NCBI GenBank assembly: GCA_046295695.1
Contig: JBKBMS010000001.1
Span: forward strand, 208,712-272,711
Source of the DNA: Pararhodobacter sp.
GTDB taxonomy: Bacteria > Pseudomonadota > Alphaproteobacteria > Rhodobacterales > Rhodobacteraceae
Length of the DNA: 64,000 bases
Direction of reading: 5' to 3'
Part shown: piece by piece, positions 62,778 through 64,000 of the stretch
How the letters are laid out: every line of letters begins with the position of its first letter
How positions within the stretch are numbered: the first letter of the stretch is position 1
Notes under the pieces: model-generated
Told to the model about the DNA's origin: nothing
The model's database searches: none
Seen by the model: the letters and a program-made list of their open reading frames with translations, nothing else
Program-made: the position numbers and the translations under genes

Positions 62778-63092
62778 TCAGTTCTGCGTGACCAGCCACA
62801 GCAGATCGCGCTGGATCAGATAGATCGCGTAGATCACCCCGAAGGCCAGCACCTGCACCGCGATGATGCCGTTGAGCTGCTGGCGAAACGGCTCGGTGCG
62901 GATCTTGTGGCGAAACAGCCGCTGCGCCAGCTTGGCCCCCAACGATCCGCCCAGAAAGGCGATCGCCAGCAGCCGGTCCTCGGAAATGCGGCGCGTGCCG
63001 TCGATGGCGGCGCGCTTGTCACGGGCAAACACCAGCACGGCGAGGACGTTCATCGCCACCAGATAGAGTGTCATGCCAAGAAAATAGCCCAT
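62778..63092 (-). CDS. DUF1294 small membrane protein
   Basis: DKRAA....RRISE..LL..AFLGGSLGA....LFRHKIR. Confidence 0.88.
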   Translation of the reverse strand: MGYFLGMTLYLVAMNVLAVLVFARDKRAAIDGTRRISEDRLLAIAFLGGSLGAKLAQRLFRHKIRTEPFRQQLNGIIAVQVLAFGVIYAIYLIQRDLLWLVTQN

Positions 63093-63189
63093 CGCGCACC
63101 GCGTCGAAAACAAGCCCCCCACTTAGGCCAGCGGATGATGATTGACAATGCCGGCCAGCGCCGCCCTGGGACGGTTTTTCGCCGCCGGG

Positions 63190-63231
63190 GTTGGCGCTAA
63201 CACCCGTCAATCGCACAAGGTTTGCGCTAAC
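63190..63231. promoter_or_regulatory. Two LacI-family-like operators upstream of gap
   Basis: GTTGGCGCTAAC (63190-63201) and GTTTGCGCTAAC (63220-63231), each one mismatch from the palindrome GTTAGCGCTAAC. Confidence 0.65.
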
Positions 63232-63359
63232 GCCTTGCCAGTCTTCGCTTTTCGCCCTTTCTTAGCCCGGCGTGCCCCGCTATAGCATTGCCAGTGCCGC
63301 ACGCCCGGAAGCGGGCGCCCCCGGCAAATGAACCTGCATTGTTCCCGGAGGCTGGACCC

Positions 63360-64000
63360 ATGACCATCACCATCGGCATCAACGGTTTCGGGCGCATCGG
63401 CCGCTGCACGCTTGCCCATATCGCCGAGAGCGCGCGCAACGATGTCGAGGTGGTGGCGATCAATGCCACCGGGCCCATTGAGACCAACGCCCATCTGCTG
63501 AAATACGACAGCGTGCATGGCCGCTTCCCCGGCCAGATCCGCATCGATGGCGATACGCTCGATCTGGGACGCGGGCCGATCAAGGTGTTCTCAACCTATG
63601 ATCCGACCGAGCTGGACTGGACAGGCATTGACGTGGTGCTCGAATGCACCGGCAAGTTCAACGAGCGCTCGAAGGCGGCCGTGCATCTGGAGCGCGGCGC
63701 CAAGCGCGTGCTGGTTTCCGCCCCCGCCAGGAATGCCGACAAGACCATCGTTTACGGCGTCAATCACCGCGCGCTGCTGTCCGAGCATCTGGTGGTTTCG
63801 AACGGCTCCTGCACCACCAACTGCCTGGCGCCGCTGGCCAAGGTGCTCAACGATGCCGTGGGCATCGAAAGCGGCATCATGACAACGATCCATTCCTATA
63901 CCGGAGACCAGCCCACGCTGGACCGTCGCCACAAGGATCTCTACCGCGCGCGCGCCGCAGCCATGGCGATGATCCCCACCTCGACGGGGGCCGCCAAGGC
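63360..64000 (+). CDS. gap: Type I glyceraldehyde-3-phosphate dehydrogenase; runs off the window end
   Basis: Manual translation: GINGFGRIGR, HLLKYDSVHGRF, ECTG, catalytic SCTTNC, RARAAA, PTSTGAAK. Confidence 0.95.
   Translation, partial: MTITIGINGFGRIGRCTLAHIAESARNDVEVVAINATGPIETNAHLLKYDSVHGRFPGQIRIDGDTLDLGRGPIKVFSTYDPTELDWTGIDVVLECTGKFNERSKAAVHLERGAKRVLVSAPARNADKTIVYGVNHRALLSEHLVVSNGSCTTNCLAPLAKVLNDAVGIESGIMTTIHSYTGDQPTLDRRHKDLYRARAAAMAMIPTSTGAAK

Overview
GC-rich chromosomal segment, most consistent with Rhodobacteraceae (Alphaproteobacteria) by gene order and protein style. It is almost all core genome: aminotransferase (partial), sdhE, MarR/LdtR-like regulator, lipA, dusA, hemE/hemF, pth, rplY, purQ, a DctB/DctD-like two-component pair, rne, ccdA, a leucine/isovalerate operon (ivd, mccB, mccA plus inserted genes), prfB, M23 peptidase-bactofilin, betC, rpe, SulP, a LuxR solo, rpsB-tsf, hisS-hisZ-hisG, groES-groEL with a perfect CIRCE, ppaC-HAD-MaoC-ribF-ycgN-ltaE and gap (partial). 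I found no tRNA, rRNA, CRISPR, transposase, integrase or phage gene. The best candidates for uncharacterised biology are: (i) a translationally coupled membrane-anchored GxSxG hydrolase-like gene plus cytochrome P450; (ii) an unannotated RBS-led 41-codon ORF or sRNA with its own terminator downstream of the LuxR solo; (iii) two secreted proteins built from three copies of a 4-Cys domain; (iv) a 51-aa small protein beside prfB; (v) a GAPDH lacking the NAD-determining Asp, preceded by twin LacI-type operators; (vi) a DctD-like regulator lacking GAFTGA. All family assignments come from motif recognition by eye, with no database searches. Several start codons were moved downstream of the ORF-track starts using RBS position and homologue N-termini.
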